From an archaeon (GTDB lineage: Archaea > EX4484-52 > B79-G9), in NCBI GenBank assembly GCA_043813875.1, contig JBDRKP010000056.1:1-25456 (forward strand): a DNA stretch of 25,456 bases, read 5' to 3'. The first letter of the stretch is position 1; each line of letters begins with the position of its first letter. Made by a program: the position numbers and the translations under genes. The notes beneath the pieces are model-generated. The model saw only the letters and a list, made by a program, of their open reading frames with translations. It searched no databases and was not told the DNA's origin. Shown here one piece after another: positions 1 to 8,174 of the stretch.

Positions 1-102
1 GACTGGGGGACTGCAAGAAAAAATGCAGAGTTGATGCGTGTTTTTTCTCTAGAGATATCTGACCTGGAAAAGAAATGGAAGAGGTTTTGCTTAAAAAGGT
101 GA
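1..102 (+). CDS. 3' end of a CDS running in from the left edge (…DWGTARKNAELMRVFSLEISDLEKKWKRFCLKR*), product unknown
   Basis: Frame 1 is open from base 1 to TGA at 100-102 with protein-like composition; too short to assign. Confidence 0.4.
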   Translation, partial: DWGTARKNAELMRVFSLEISDLEKKWKRFCLKR

Positions 103-283
103 TTTTATGCTAAAAATCATTGGTTTCACCCATATGTTTAAATAATAATAAGTGAAATTTTATGTATTGTTCCAGAGTATCGGAATGAAAACAACAAGAA
201 AAATACTGTATGTGAAAGAGGCACCGAATCGATATACAGGCAGATAAAGAGTGTTTTTCTTTGTAAACAGGAGTACGATTAAA

Positions 284-610
284 ATGAATGGTAAAGTAAA
301 ATGGTTTAATACTACAAAAGGATATGGCTTCATCGCAGGCGATGACGGAAATGAATATTTTGTCCATCACAGCGCCATAGGAAGCGGAACATTGAATGAA
401 AATGATGATGTGACTTTCGACGCTGCACAGACTGAACGCGGCAAGCAGGCTCAGAATGTAAAATTGGGATCCGGTTCCAGCGAAAGTGATAGTGAAACTG
501 ATACTGAAAAGGAACCAGTTAAGGCTAAACGCGCAAAAAAGGCTGCTAAGGCAGCTCCAAGCGATGATGAAGAATCAGATGTGTCAGATGATGACGCGCT
601 TGCTGAATGA
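284..610 (+). CDS. csp: Cold-shock domain protein with a charged low-complexity C-terminal tail
   Basis: MNGKVKWFN…KGYGFI (RNP1)…YFVHHSAI (RNP2)…QAQNV. ATG at 284 is preceded by CAGGAG (268-273), so it is preferred over the GTG at 251. Confidence 0.92.
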   Translation: MNGKVKWFNTTKGYGFIAGDDGNEYFVHHSAIGSGTLNENDDVTFDAAQTERGKQAQNVKLGSGSSESDSETDTEKEPVKAKRAKKAAKAAPSDDEESDVSDDDALAE

Positions 611-640
611 TTCTTTTCTTTTTTATTTTTTGTTATTTTT
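611..640 (+). terminator. Oligo-T tract after the csp stop, archaeal-type intrinsic terminator candidate
   Basis: ttcttttcttttttattttttgttattttt immediately follows TGA at 610. Confidence 0.5.
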
Positions 641-703
641 CTCTATTCTTGATAGGGTCAAAACAAGCTTTGTTCTTGTTTTTATATAAAAGGAGTTGAT
701 AAG

Positions 704-1135
704 ATGCCAGTCAAAAAAGGCGATAAAGTCAAGGTAGATTATGAAGGTACTTTGGATGATGGTACGGTTTTTGACAGTTCGAAGCAACACAACGAACCGC
801 TGGAATTCGAGGTCGGAGGAGGACAGATCATAAAGGGTTTTGATGATGCTGTCGTCGGGATGAATAAGGATGAAGAGAAGGATATCAAATTAGAGCCTAA
901 AGATGCATATGGCGATCATAATCCGCAGCTGCTAAAGGAAGTCCCGAAAGAGCACCTGCCAAAAGATCAGGAGCTTAAGGCGGGAATGATGCTTGCGGCG
1001 ACAACGCCGAACGGTGAGCAGATTCCGGCGAAGATCACTGAAGTGAAGGATGATGCGGTTTTGATTGACCTTAATCATCCTCTTGCAGGGAAAGTCCTGA
1101 ATTTCAAGATAAAGGTTGTTGAGATCCTGTCCTGA
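704..1135 (+). CDS. FKBP-type peptidyl-prolyl cis-trans isomerase (short SlyD-like, with insert-in-flap domain, no His-rich tail)
   Basis: KGDKVKVDYEGTLDDGTVFDSS, GQIIKGF, AYG and DLNHPLAGKVLNF motifs; AGGAG at 691-695. Confidence 0.93.
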   Translation: MPVKKGDKVKVDYEGTLDDGTVFDSSKQHNEPLEFEVGGGQIIKGFDDAVVGMNKDEEKDIKLEPKDAYGDHNPQLLKEVPKEHLPKDQELKAGMMLAATTPNGEQIPAKITEVKDDAVLIDLNHPLAGKVLNFKIKVVEILS

Positions 1136-1147
1136 GGTTCTATTTTT

Positions 1148-2524
1148 TTATTTTTCTTCACATATTAATTTTATCCGGCATAATTCATGGAATCCATGGA
1201 TGCCGTGTTCTTTTCCTATGCCTGATTGCCTGAAGCCACCGAAGGGGTTGCATGGGAGCCAATGGTCGCTGCCATTTATCTCTATTGTGCCTGATTCGAG
1301 GTTTCTTGCAATTCTTTCTGCTCTCTTTTTGTCTTTTGTGAATATGATAGCGCCCAGACCGTATTTTGTTTCGTTTGCAAGGTCTATTGCTTCTTGTTCT
1401 GTCCTGAATGATATCATGGGAAGGACCGGGCCGAACACTTCTTCATGCCAGATGCGCATGTCTTTTGTTATGCCTGTGAGGATTGTCGGCAGGTAGTATG
1501 CGCCTTCAATGTTTTCTGGTCTTTTGGCGCCGATGATTATTTTTGCGCCTTTGTCCAGTGCGTCCTGTACCTGGGATTCTAATAATTCTAATTGTCTTTT
1601 TGCTGCGAGGCTACCGTGATCTGTTTCTGTTTTTTCGGGGTCGCCGACGATTTTGCATTCTATCTTTTTTTTGAGCAATTTTATGACTTCTTCATATTTT
1701 GACTCGTGGACTATCAGCCTTTTTAGTGAATCGCAGGTCTGACCGCAGACATTGTAGCGCTTCGCATATATCTTATCTATTAAATGGCTGATATCCGCAT
1801 CTTCAAATATGATGGCGGGATTTGAGCCGCCCAACTCAAGGATGACTTTGATGAATCTGTCTGCTGCAATTCTGTATAGTTCTTTTCCTGCTTCTGTGCT
1901 GCCGGTGAACCAGATGAAGTCTATGTCGCTTTTTGCGAGTTTTCTGCCTGTGTCGCCTGCGCCGTAGATTTCGATGAATGCTCCGTCGGGCAGGCGGTGG
2001 GAGCGCATTATATCTTCTATGAGTTTTCCTGTAAGCGGACATTCTTCGGATGTCTTGAAGACTACTGTGTTGCCAACTATCAGATTGGGTATCACGCCCC
2101 AGACAAAAATGCCGAAAGGAAAATTCCACGGGGTGATGACTGCTGCCACGCCTATGGGTTCGTATACTATTTTGTGGATGGTGGTTTGATCTATGTGCGT
2201 TATCTGTTCTTTCAGGGCCAGTTTCCCGTTTTCAAGGAACCATCTGAAGTAATCAAGATAGAAGTCAAGCTCTCTTATGCTTTCTTTTATGGTCTTTCCT
2301 GTCTCTTTTGTGATGAGCGTGCTCAGTTCGTCTTTTCTTTTTTTGAAATCGTTGTAAATTGGCTTTAGGAGGGCAATCCTTTTTTTTGTGCCGAGGTCTT
2401 TCCATGCTTTTTTTGCTGCTTTTGCCTGACGGACTTTTTCTTTTACCCCGGAGTCTGTTGTGATCACTACGTTGCCCAAGGTTTCATAGTTTTTTGCGGG
2501 GTTTGTCGATATGAGCATTTTCAT
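1148..2524 (-). CDS. NAD(P)-dependent aldehyde dehydrogenase family protein (substrate unknown)
   Basis: PWNFP, FTGS, ELGG (catalytic Glu), GQTC (catalytic Cys), EEVFGP, YGL and PFGG motifs. Start moved to ATG 2524 (or 2518) because the longer ORF overlaps the upstream gene and the domain begins at ISTNPA. Confidence 0.92.
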   Translation of the reverse strand: MKMLISTNPAKNYETLGNVVITTDSGVKEKVRQAKAAKKAWKDLGTKKRIALLKPIYNDFKKRKDELSTLITKETGKTIKESIRELDFYLDYFRWFLENGKLALKEQITHIDQTTIHKIVYEPIGVAAVITPWNFPFGIFVWGVIPNLIVGNTVVFKTSEECPLTGKLIEDIMRSHRLPDGAFIEIYGAGDTGRKLAKSDIDFIWFTGSTEAGKELYRIAADRFIKVILELGGSNPAIIFEDADISHLIDKIYAKRYNVCGQTCDSLKRLIVHESKYEEVIKLLKKKIECKIVGDPEKTETDHGSLAAKRQLELLESQVQDALDKGAKIIIGAKRPENIEGAYYLPTILTGITKDMRIWHEEVFGPVLPMISFRTEQEAIDLANETKYGLGAIIFTKDKKRAERIARNLESGTIEINGSDHWLPCNPFGGFRQSGIGKEHGIHGFHELCRIKLICEEK

Positions 2525-2550
2525 ATCTGGTTTTATGGTGAAAAAGATAT

Positions 2551-3093
2551 TTATCTTAGAAGTCCTGTGCATCGCCAGTTTATCTCTGATTCTTTTGTCT
2601 CTACATTGACGACGCATGCCGGGCTGCAGCCTTCCTTTTCAAGGTCCAAGTCCATCCACCATGTGCCTGTGTATTCGTTGCAGACGTATGTGCCTTTTAA
2701 TGATCCTTCTTTTGTGCATTCGCCAGATTGCGCTATCTCTTTGGCTTCGTCAAGGGTCATGCTTATATCGGTGTCTTTTTTTGTGCATAGCTCATCTTTT
2801 TGTGGTTCTATGTCCTCTACAAAGGTTTCGCCTTCGGGGGTGGTGCATTGACGCGGTTGTGATTCCATTACGGGATAGCCGAGGGCAGCGCATTCATCGA
2901 AGCTTCTTACCATGCCGGGACATGGCTCTTCCCATGTCCTTAAGCACTTCTCTTTTGATGCGCACCAGCTGTATCCGGCGGCTATGAGGCAGCCGTGCTC
3001 GTCGGTGTCGCCGCCGATGGGTTTTTCGGCGCCTGTGCAGCCTGAGAGGACTACGGTGAGGAGGATGAGGAGGGCGAGGGTTGATTTTTTCAT
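2551..3093 (-). CDS. Cys-rich secreted lipoprotein
   Basis: MKK + hydrophobic stretch + lipobox LSGC; 12 further Cys in small modules (IGGDTDEHGCLIAAGYSWC; SFDECAALGYPVMESQPRQC; CNEYTGTWW…GCSPACVV…WRC). Confidence 0.8.
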   Translation of the reverse strand: MKKSTLALLILLTVVLSGCTGAEKPIGGDTDEHGCLIAAGYSWCASKEKCLRTWEEPCPGMVRSFDECAALGYPVMESQPRQCTTPEGETFVEDIEPQKDELCTKKDTDISMTLDEAKEIAQSGECTKEGSLKGTYVCNEYTGTWWMDLDLEKEGCSPACVVNVETKESEINWRCTGLLR

Positions 3094-3317
3094 GTTATCA
3101 CATCGTTATCGATTGATTATCTATGTTGTATTTGGGGTTTTGGATATAAATAGGATGTGGTTTTTGTGTGGTTAAGACCGAAAGATTTGATTTCTCTTGG
3201 AACTTTAAGTGCGCGCTTTTTGGTCATAACCATGACATAAACCGGAGTAAGGGTTGGTTTTTAGAGATGTGAGCATGAGAAGTGGAGAAATTCAATAAAA
3301 GTTAAACGTAATTTATT

Positions 3318-3605
3318 TTAAGCATATTTCTTCTTTTCAGAATCAGATTTTTTAATTAATTTGTCAGTATAATCAGAATACTTTTCTATGTATATAAGAA
3401 TCAGTATATAGATTACAGAAATTATAATTGTCAATAAAGTTCCAGAAATAACATCTGCGAGAGTAGTCTTGCCAACTACAAATCCTCCTGCTAAAAGTAT
3501 TGCAAGCAATACTGCAGAATGATATTTCACTCTCTCTTCATGTCGCTTCCTAACCTCTAGATTTTTTTCAGATTCGAATGCTTTTTTCCAAAATTTTTTA
3601 AACAT
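3318..3605 (-). CDS. Small hypothetical membrane protein with two predicted TM helices
   Basis: 95-aa ORF with two hydrophobic stretches (AVLLAILLAGGFVV; VISGTLLTIIISVIYILILIYI), co-oriented 22 nt downstream of proS; AT-rich. Confidence 0.65.
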   Translation of the reverse strand: MFKKFWKKAFESEKNLEVRKRHEERVKYHSAVLLAILLAGGFVVGKTTLADVISGTLLTIIISVIYILILIYIEKYSDYTDKLIKKSDSEKKKYA

Positions 3606-3627
3606 ATATCTATCCCATTCATCACTT

Positions 3628-5769
3628 TCAATATGCTCTTGCGAAGTAGACCATGTGCTTTGCCGGTTTTTTGCAGCAGACGCATGTGGCCTTGCTCTCC
3701 AGTTTGCTCTTGCTGTTGCTGTCGAATGGGATTAATCTTGCGGTCGCTCCTGTCTCTTCCTTGATCTTCTCTTCGCAGCCAGGGCTTTCGCACCAGCCGG
3801 CAAGGATGAAGCCGTTCTCTATATTTTTTTTGAATTCAGCCATGTCTTTTGCTTTGAATATGCTCTTTTCGAGGAAGGCCTTTGCTTTGCTGAACATGTC
3901 TTTCTGCATGGCATCTAGCGCTTTTTTTGTCTCTGCTACCAGGTCTTTTTCTTTTATGAATGATTTGGCGCCTGTGTCGCGCCTGACGAGCACAACCTGG
4001 CCTTTTTCCATGTCCCTTGGGCCAAGCTCAATCCTTATAGGGATGCCTTTCAGTTCCCATTCGTTGTATTTGAAGCCGGCCTTGTGCTCTTCGCGGTCGT
4101 CCAGGATGACGGTGTGGCCTTCTATTTCCAGGGCGGCTTTCAGCTCTTTTGATTTTTCGATTGTCTCTTTTTTTGTCTTGTCAAATATTATCGGGACTAT
4201 GACTACGTGCGTCGGGGCTATCTGTGGCGGCATCACTAGGCCCTTGTCGTCTGAGTGGACCATTATGAGCCCGCCTATCAGGCGTGTCGAGATCCCCCAC
4301 GAGGTCTGCCAGACGTGCTTTGTCTGTTCGTCTTCGTCTATGAATTTTATGTCGAAGGCTTTTGCGAAGTTCTGGCCGAGGTGGTGGGATGTGCCTGCTT
4401 GGAGCGCTTTCTTATCCGGCATGAGCGCCTCAAGCGTTGTCGTGTATAGAGCGCCTGCGAATTTCTCGGATTCGGTCTTCTTTCCTGTGAGTACGGGTAT
4501 CGCAAGGACGTTCTCTATGAGGTCGCGGTATAGCTCTAGGATTGTCATGACTTCCCTGTCTGCGTCCTCTTTTGTCGCGTGGGCAGTGTGGCCTTCCTGC
4601 CACAAAAATTCTCTTGTTCTCAGGAAAGGTTTTGCGTGCTTGAATTCCCATCTCACTACGTTGCACCACTGGTTCAACAGAAGCGGGAGGTCGCGGTGGG
4701 ACCTTATCCATTTGGAGTATGATTCGTACATGATGGTCTCTGATGTAGGCCTTATTGCGAGGCGCTCATCCAGTTCGGTCTCGCCGGCATGCGTCACCCA
4801 TGCGACTTCGGGGGTGAAGCCTTTGACGTGCTCCTGCTCTTTGGTGAGGAGCTTTTCGGGAATCAACAGCGGAAAATACACATTCTTGTGGCCGAGGGCC
4901 TTTATCTTTTTGTCGACGTAGGACTGAATCTTTTCCCAGATGCTGTATGAGTTGGGTCTGAACACTATGCAGCCTGATACGGATGAGTAGTCTGCGAGCT
5001 CTGCTTTCTTTATGAGCTGGGTATACCATTCCGAGAAGTCTTCATTCTTCTTTACTGTCAGTCCAAGGTCCTGTATGTCTTTTTCTTTTTTTTCTGCCAT
5101 CATTGTCACCGCATTTTTGAATATTTCTATATCTCTCGCTTTCCCGCCTGCAAAGCGCGTTATCAGTTCTATTGTTTGGTCGAGCGCTTTATTAAGGTTT
5201 TGTTCATGAACTGACACTGCGTATATGTTGATGAGGAGGTTTTTTGTTGATTGTGTGACTTTTGCGAGTTCAGACGATGATGTCGATATGCCGAGGTCGA
5301 GTATCTTTTTTTCGTCTGCCACTACGAGTTCGTTTTTCAATGTGATGTTTTCTTTTGTGCCTATGCTTATGAATTTTTCGTTGTCTGCATCTCTTATTGT
5401 GATGCCGCCTTCTATCTTGTCGAGGTCGTAGGCGCCTATGGAGTAGCCGGTCTGTACGGAGATCGCGTTCATGGCGTCGACTACGTTGTTTATGTTGTAT
5501 AGGTGCTTGTCTTTCAAGACTCTTCTTATCAGGGCGTCGCCTGAGGAGCGGTATCGGTAGTAGTCCATGCCGTGCTTTTTCCAGAGGTTGTGGTAGTTTT
5601 TGAATATCTTTTCGTCTTTTAGGGTGTCGAGGTTCCATGCCGATTTTGCTGCTTTTTCTGCTTGTCTCATGATGTCTTTTAGCTCGTTGTCTGACGGCCT
5701 TACGGTTATGCCTGTGACGGTTGCGCTTGCCACTATTATCGGGTCGCCTGTCTTGAAAGTTATTTTCAT
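3628..5769 (-). CDS. proS: Proline--tRNA ligase (archaeal/eukaryotic type) with an N-terminal B3/4 (PheRS-beta editing-like) domain
   Basis: From residue ~224: FSEWY, RPTSET, RWEFK…FLRTREFLWQEGH, QAGTSHHLGQNF, TSWGISTR, WELKGIPIRIE and C-terminal YFARAY. Residues 1-~215 carry B3/4 motifs (YRSSGDALIRR, INNVVDAMNAIS, IGAYDLDKI). Confidence 0.95.
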   Translation of the reverse strand: MKITFKTGDPIIVASATVTGITVRPSDNELKDIMRQAEKAAKSAWNLDTLKDEKIFKNYHNLWKKHGMDYYRYRSSGDALIRRVLKDKHLYNINNVVDAMNAISVQTGYSIGAYDLDKIEGGITIRDADNEKFISIGTKENITLKNELVVADEKKILDLGISTSSSELAKVTQSTKNLLINIYAVSVHEQNLNKALDQTIELITRFAGGKARDIEIFKNAVTMMAEKKEKDIQDLGLTVKKNEDFSEWYTQLIKKAELADYSSVSGCIVFRPNSYSIWEKIQSYVDKKIKALGHKNVYFPLLIPEKLLTKEQEHVKGFTPEVAWVTHAGETELDERLAIRPTSETIMYESYSKWIRSHRDLPLLLNQWCNVVRWEFKHAKPFLRTREFLWQEGHTAHATKEDADREVMTILELYRDLIENVLAIPVLTGKKTESEKFAGALYTTTLEALMPDKKALQAGTSHHLGQNFAKAFDIKFIDEDEQTKHVWQTSWGISTRLIGGLIMVHSDDKGLVMPPQIAPTHVVIVPIIFDKTKKETIEKSKELKAALEIEGHTVILDDREEHKAGFKYNEWELKGIPIRIELGPRDMEKGQVVLVRRDTGAKSFIKEKDLVAETKKALDAMQKDMFSKAKAFLEKSIFKAKDMAEFKKNIENGFILAGWCESPGCEEKIKEETGATARLIPFDSNSKSKLESKATCVCCKKPAKHMVYFARAY

Positions 5770-5813
5770 TGTGATTGCCTTTGATTTGGTTTTATGTCAC
5801 CTGTCTTTATGAA

Positions 5814-6455
5814 TCACCTGAATATGGCGCTTCCTATCCGCACCATGTTTGCGCCTTCTTCTATCGCTTCCATGTAGTCGCCTGACATGCCCATGGAGAG
5901 ATAGTCCAGTCTTCTTTTAAGTATTTTTTCTGAGTCTTTAAGATATGAATGCATCGCATGATAATATGGCCTCGATTCATCCGGATTCCCATCGAATGGT
6001 GTGATTGTCATGAGGCCGCGTATCTTTATGTGTTTTAGGGTGCCTATTTTGAGCAGGAGTTCATTGAGGTCTTTTGGGGCAACTCCTGTGCTTTTTTGGG
6101 GGTCTGTTTTTACTTGGATGAGTATGTCCTGGATTTTGTTCATATGCTCTGCGGCGTTGTTTATCTTTTCTGTAAGCTTATATGAGTCCACACTCTGAAT
6201 TAGTAGGGGATTTAGTCCTACTACTTTTTTTGCCTTGTTTTTCTGGAGGGTGCCGATGAAGTGCGTTTTCGTGTCTTCTTTGATGCGGGGCGCAATCTCT
6301 TCCATCTGCTGGTATGTGTTGAATCCGATGTGGGTAATGCCTGCATCGAGGGCGGCCTTTATCTGGTCAGAAGTTGCGTATTTGACTGCTGCGACGAGCG
6401 TTGCCTTCCCGCCTATCTCTTTTTGTATCTTCTCGATGTTTTCTCTGATCGGCAT
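5814..6455 (-). CDS. yggS: YggS/PLPBP pyridoxal phosphate homeostasis protein
   Basis: LVAAVKY (PLP Lys), HFIGTLQKNK, QSVDS, GLMTI, LSMGMSGDY and VRIGSAIF motifs. Confidence 0.92.
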   Translation of the reverse strand: MPIRENIEKIQKEIGGKATLVAAVKYATSDQIKAALDAGITHIGFNTYQQMEEIAPRIKEDTKTHFIGTLQKNKAKKVVGLNPLLIQSVDSYKLTEKINNAAEHMNKIQDILIQVKTDPQKSTGVAPKDLNELLLKIGTLKHIKIRGLMTITPFDGNPDESRPYYHAMHSYLKDSEKILKRRLDYLSMGMSGDYMEAIEEGANMVRIGSAIFR

Positions 6456-6505
6456 AAAATAAGAATGAATGAGATTTTTTAAATAGGTTTTTTATGAATC
6501 ATCTT

Positions 6506-7264
6506 TCAATAATCGGTCTCTTTCAGGATGAAGGCAGTTGTCGTGAATCTGTCGTCTATGATCTTTTTCAGGGCAACGAGGCTCATGCGCTCTGTCGCGG
6601 TGTAGTTCGCTATGAAGAGGCTGATGCCCATGTCTTTTGCTGCTGTCTTGAGTGAAATGTCTGCCGTGTTTGCAAGAAGCGCGTTGCAGCCGTTCTTTGA
6701 TGCCAGTTCGAGGATAGCTTCTTTCGGGGTTTCGCCGGCGTATATGGCTGCCTTTCTTATGGTGTCGCTGCTGTTTTTGTAGGATTCTGATGCCTCGTGG
6801 GTGAGCCAGTTTATGCGCCGAAGGAACATCTCATATGTGCTGATGCGGGAACTGCCGAAAAGGCCGCGGCCGGTCTTTGTGTCAAGCACCTGTGGGACTT
6901 TCAGGCCCATCGCTTTTGCGAGAATGTAGTCTGTGCCGTAGACGTATAATGTGTCCATGGACTGCCCGGTCACGTATAGTGTGATCTGGTTGTCTTTTAA
7001 TATCTTCTGCTTTTCTTCTGTTGATTTTTCGTCGAGAAACTCTGAGTTGTGGGCGATTATGATGTCTGCTTTCCTCTTCATGGCTTCCTTTATCGTCTCG
7101 TTTGTCGCGTTGACGCATAGGGCTATCTTTTTTACGTAACTGGTCCCATGTGTTATCGCGCGCGGCTTTTCGGCTGAGATGGATGCGCTTTTTTTGGTGA
7201 ATTTATAATCCGGGGTACCGTAAAGATCGTCCAGAAACTGCTTTAAGGTTGACAGGCGTGGCAT
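6506..7264 (-). CDS. Nif3/YbgI-like protein, apparently lacking most metal-binding His residues
   Basis: Overall layout and length fit Nif3 (VKKIALCVNAT…ADIIIAH…ITLY…C-terminal YTATE), but His ligands are replaced. Confidence 0.65.
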   Translation of the reverse strand: MPRLSTLKQFLDDLYGTPDYKFTKKSASISAEKPRAITHGTSYVKKIALCVNATNETIKEAMKRKADIIIAHNSEFLDEKSTEEKQKILKDNQITLYVTGQSMDTLYVYGTDYILAKAMGLKVPQVLDTKTGRGLFGSSRISTYEMFLRRINWLTHEASESYKNSSDTIRKAAIYAGETPKEAILELASKNGCNALLANTADISLKTAAKDMGISLFIANYTATERMSLVALKKIIDDRFTTTAFILKETDY

Positions 7265-7296
7265 GATTGAATATTTGGATGTTTGAGTTAATATAT

Positions 7297-7740
7297 TTAC
7301 AACTTGATGTTATCTTCCTTGATGGTGTTGAGGATCAGGCGCGTGTTGGTGCGCTCTATGAAGTCGTATTTCTGGATCTCTTTTAAGAATGCGTCCATGG
7401 TCCTGCGGTTCCTGAAGCGGGCAAGTATCACGGCGTCGAATGCGCCTGTGCAGTCATATACTGCAAAGACGTTTTTTGATTTGGCCAGCTTCTTCTCAAG
7501 TTCGAATAGCTTGCCTTTCGATATCTTTATGTCTATCAGGACATCGATATCGTAGCCGAGGCGCTCGTAGTCGAGAAGTACGGTGTACTTTTTTATGTAT
7601 CCCTCTTTCTCAAGGCGCTTTATGCGGCTCAGGACTGTCGCCGCGGAGATGCCTGCCTTGCCTGCGATCTTCCTCAAGGAGAGCTTGGAGTCATCCAGAA
7701 GTATATTGAGTATGATGTTGTCGGTTTCATCTATATCCAT
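7297..7740 (-). CDS. Lrp/AsnC family transcriptional regulator, divergent from the glnA locus
   Basis: IDETDNIILNIL…SLRKIAGKAGISAATVLSRIKRLEKEGYIKKY HTH plus RAM domain (VYDCTGAFD); AGGTGG upstream of the ATG. Confidence 0.93.
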   Translation of the reverse strand: MDIDETDNIILNILLDDSKLSLRKIAGKAGISAATVLSRIKRLEKEGYIKKYTVLLDYERLGYDIDVLIDIKISKGKLFELEKKLAKSKNVFAVYDCTGAFDAVILARFRNRRTMDAFLKEIQKYDFIERTNTRLILNTIKEDNIKL

Positions 7741-7904
7741 AAGAACACCACCTGTTCATTATCATACCATGATCCATGACAAAATTAAACATTTGATTCT
7801 ATTTAAGTCTTAAAACTATATATTTGTTTTGTCAATGGCCAGATAAGTATATTAATTGTAAAAAACAGTTATGAGTTGTGAATGACCGCATATAGGGGAA
7901 TGAT

Positions 7905-8117
7905 ATGGACAAATTGGAAATCATAGAAAGGGCAAGAAAAGGCAAGGTCAGATCTGTGAGGTTCATGTTTTCTGATATCTCTGGGACCATCAGAAATGTG
8001 ACGATCCCTCATGAGAGGCTGAAGGATTCTCTTGAAAACGGAATATGGTCCAGCGGCAATACGATCGAGGGATTGACGAGGACTTGTGACGGAGATATGT
8101 ATTTATATCTCTTGTGA
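7905..8117 (+). CDS. Stand-alone glutamine synthetase N-terminal (beta-grasp) fragment, 70 aa; functional small protein or gene remnant
   Basis: Gapless alignment to the first 67 aa of the downstream GlnA gives 33 identities by hand count. It has its own purine-rich SD (AGGGGA) and an intact frame. Confidence 0.75.
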   Translation: MDKLEIIERARKGKVRSVRFMFSDISGTIRNVTIPHERLKDSLENGIWSSGNTIEGLTRTCDGDMYLYLL

Positions 8118-8174
8118 TTTATGATAATGAAGTTTATGATAGTTTATGATAATGTGATAAGTGAGGTGTTTTGT

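Noticed and set aside
107..145. 12-codon ORF MLKIIGFTHMFK after an AGGTGA
   Set aside because: The SD-like sequence coincides with the upstream stop codon; too short to support.
2525..2617. N-terminal extension of the ALDH ORF, and similar extensions for csp (251), glnA (8121), TtuA-like (11722) and the membrane protein (21988)
   Set aside because: The extensions overlap neighbours or precede better SD/ATG pairs and lie outside the conserved domains.
3653..4921. 422-aa ORF antisense to proS
   Set aside because: Shadow frame of a conserved gene: Ser/Phe-rich, no motifs, and not the codon-aligned antisense frame.
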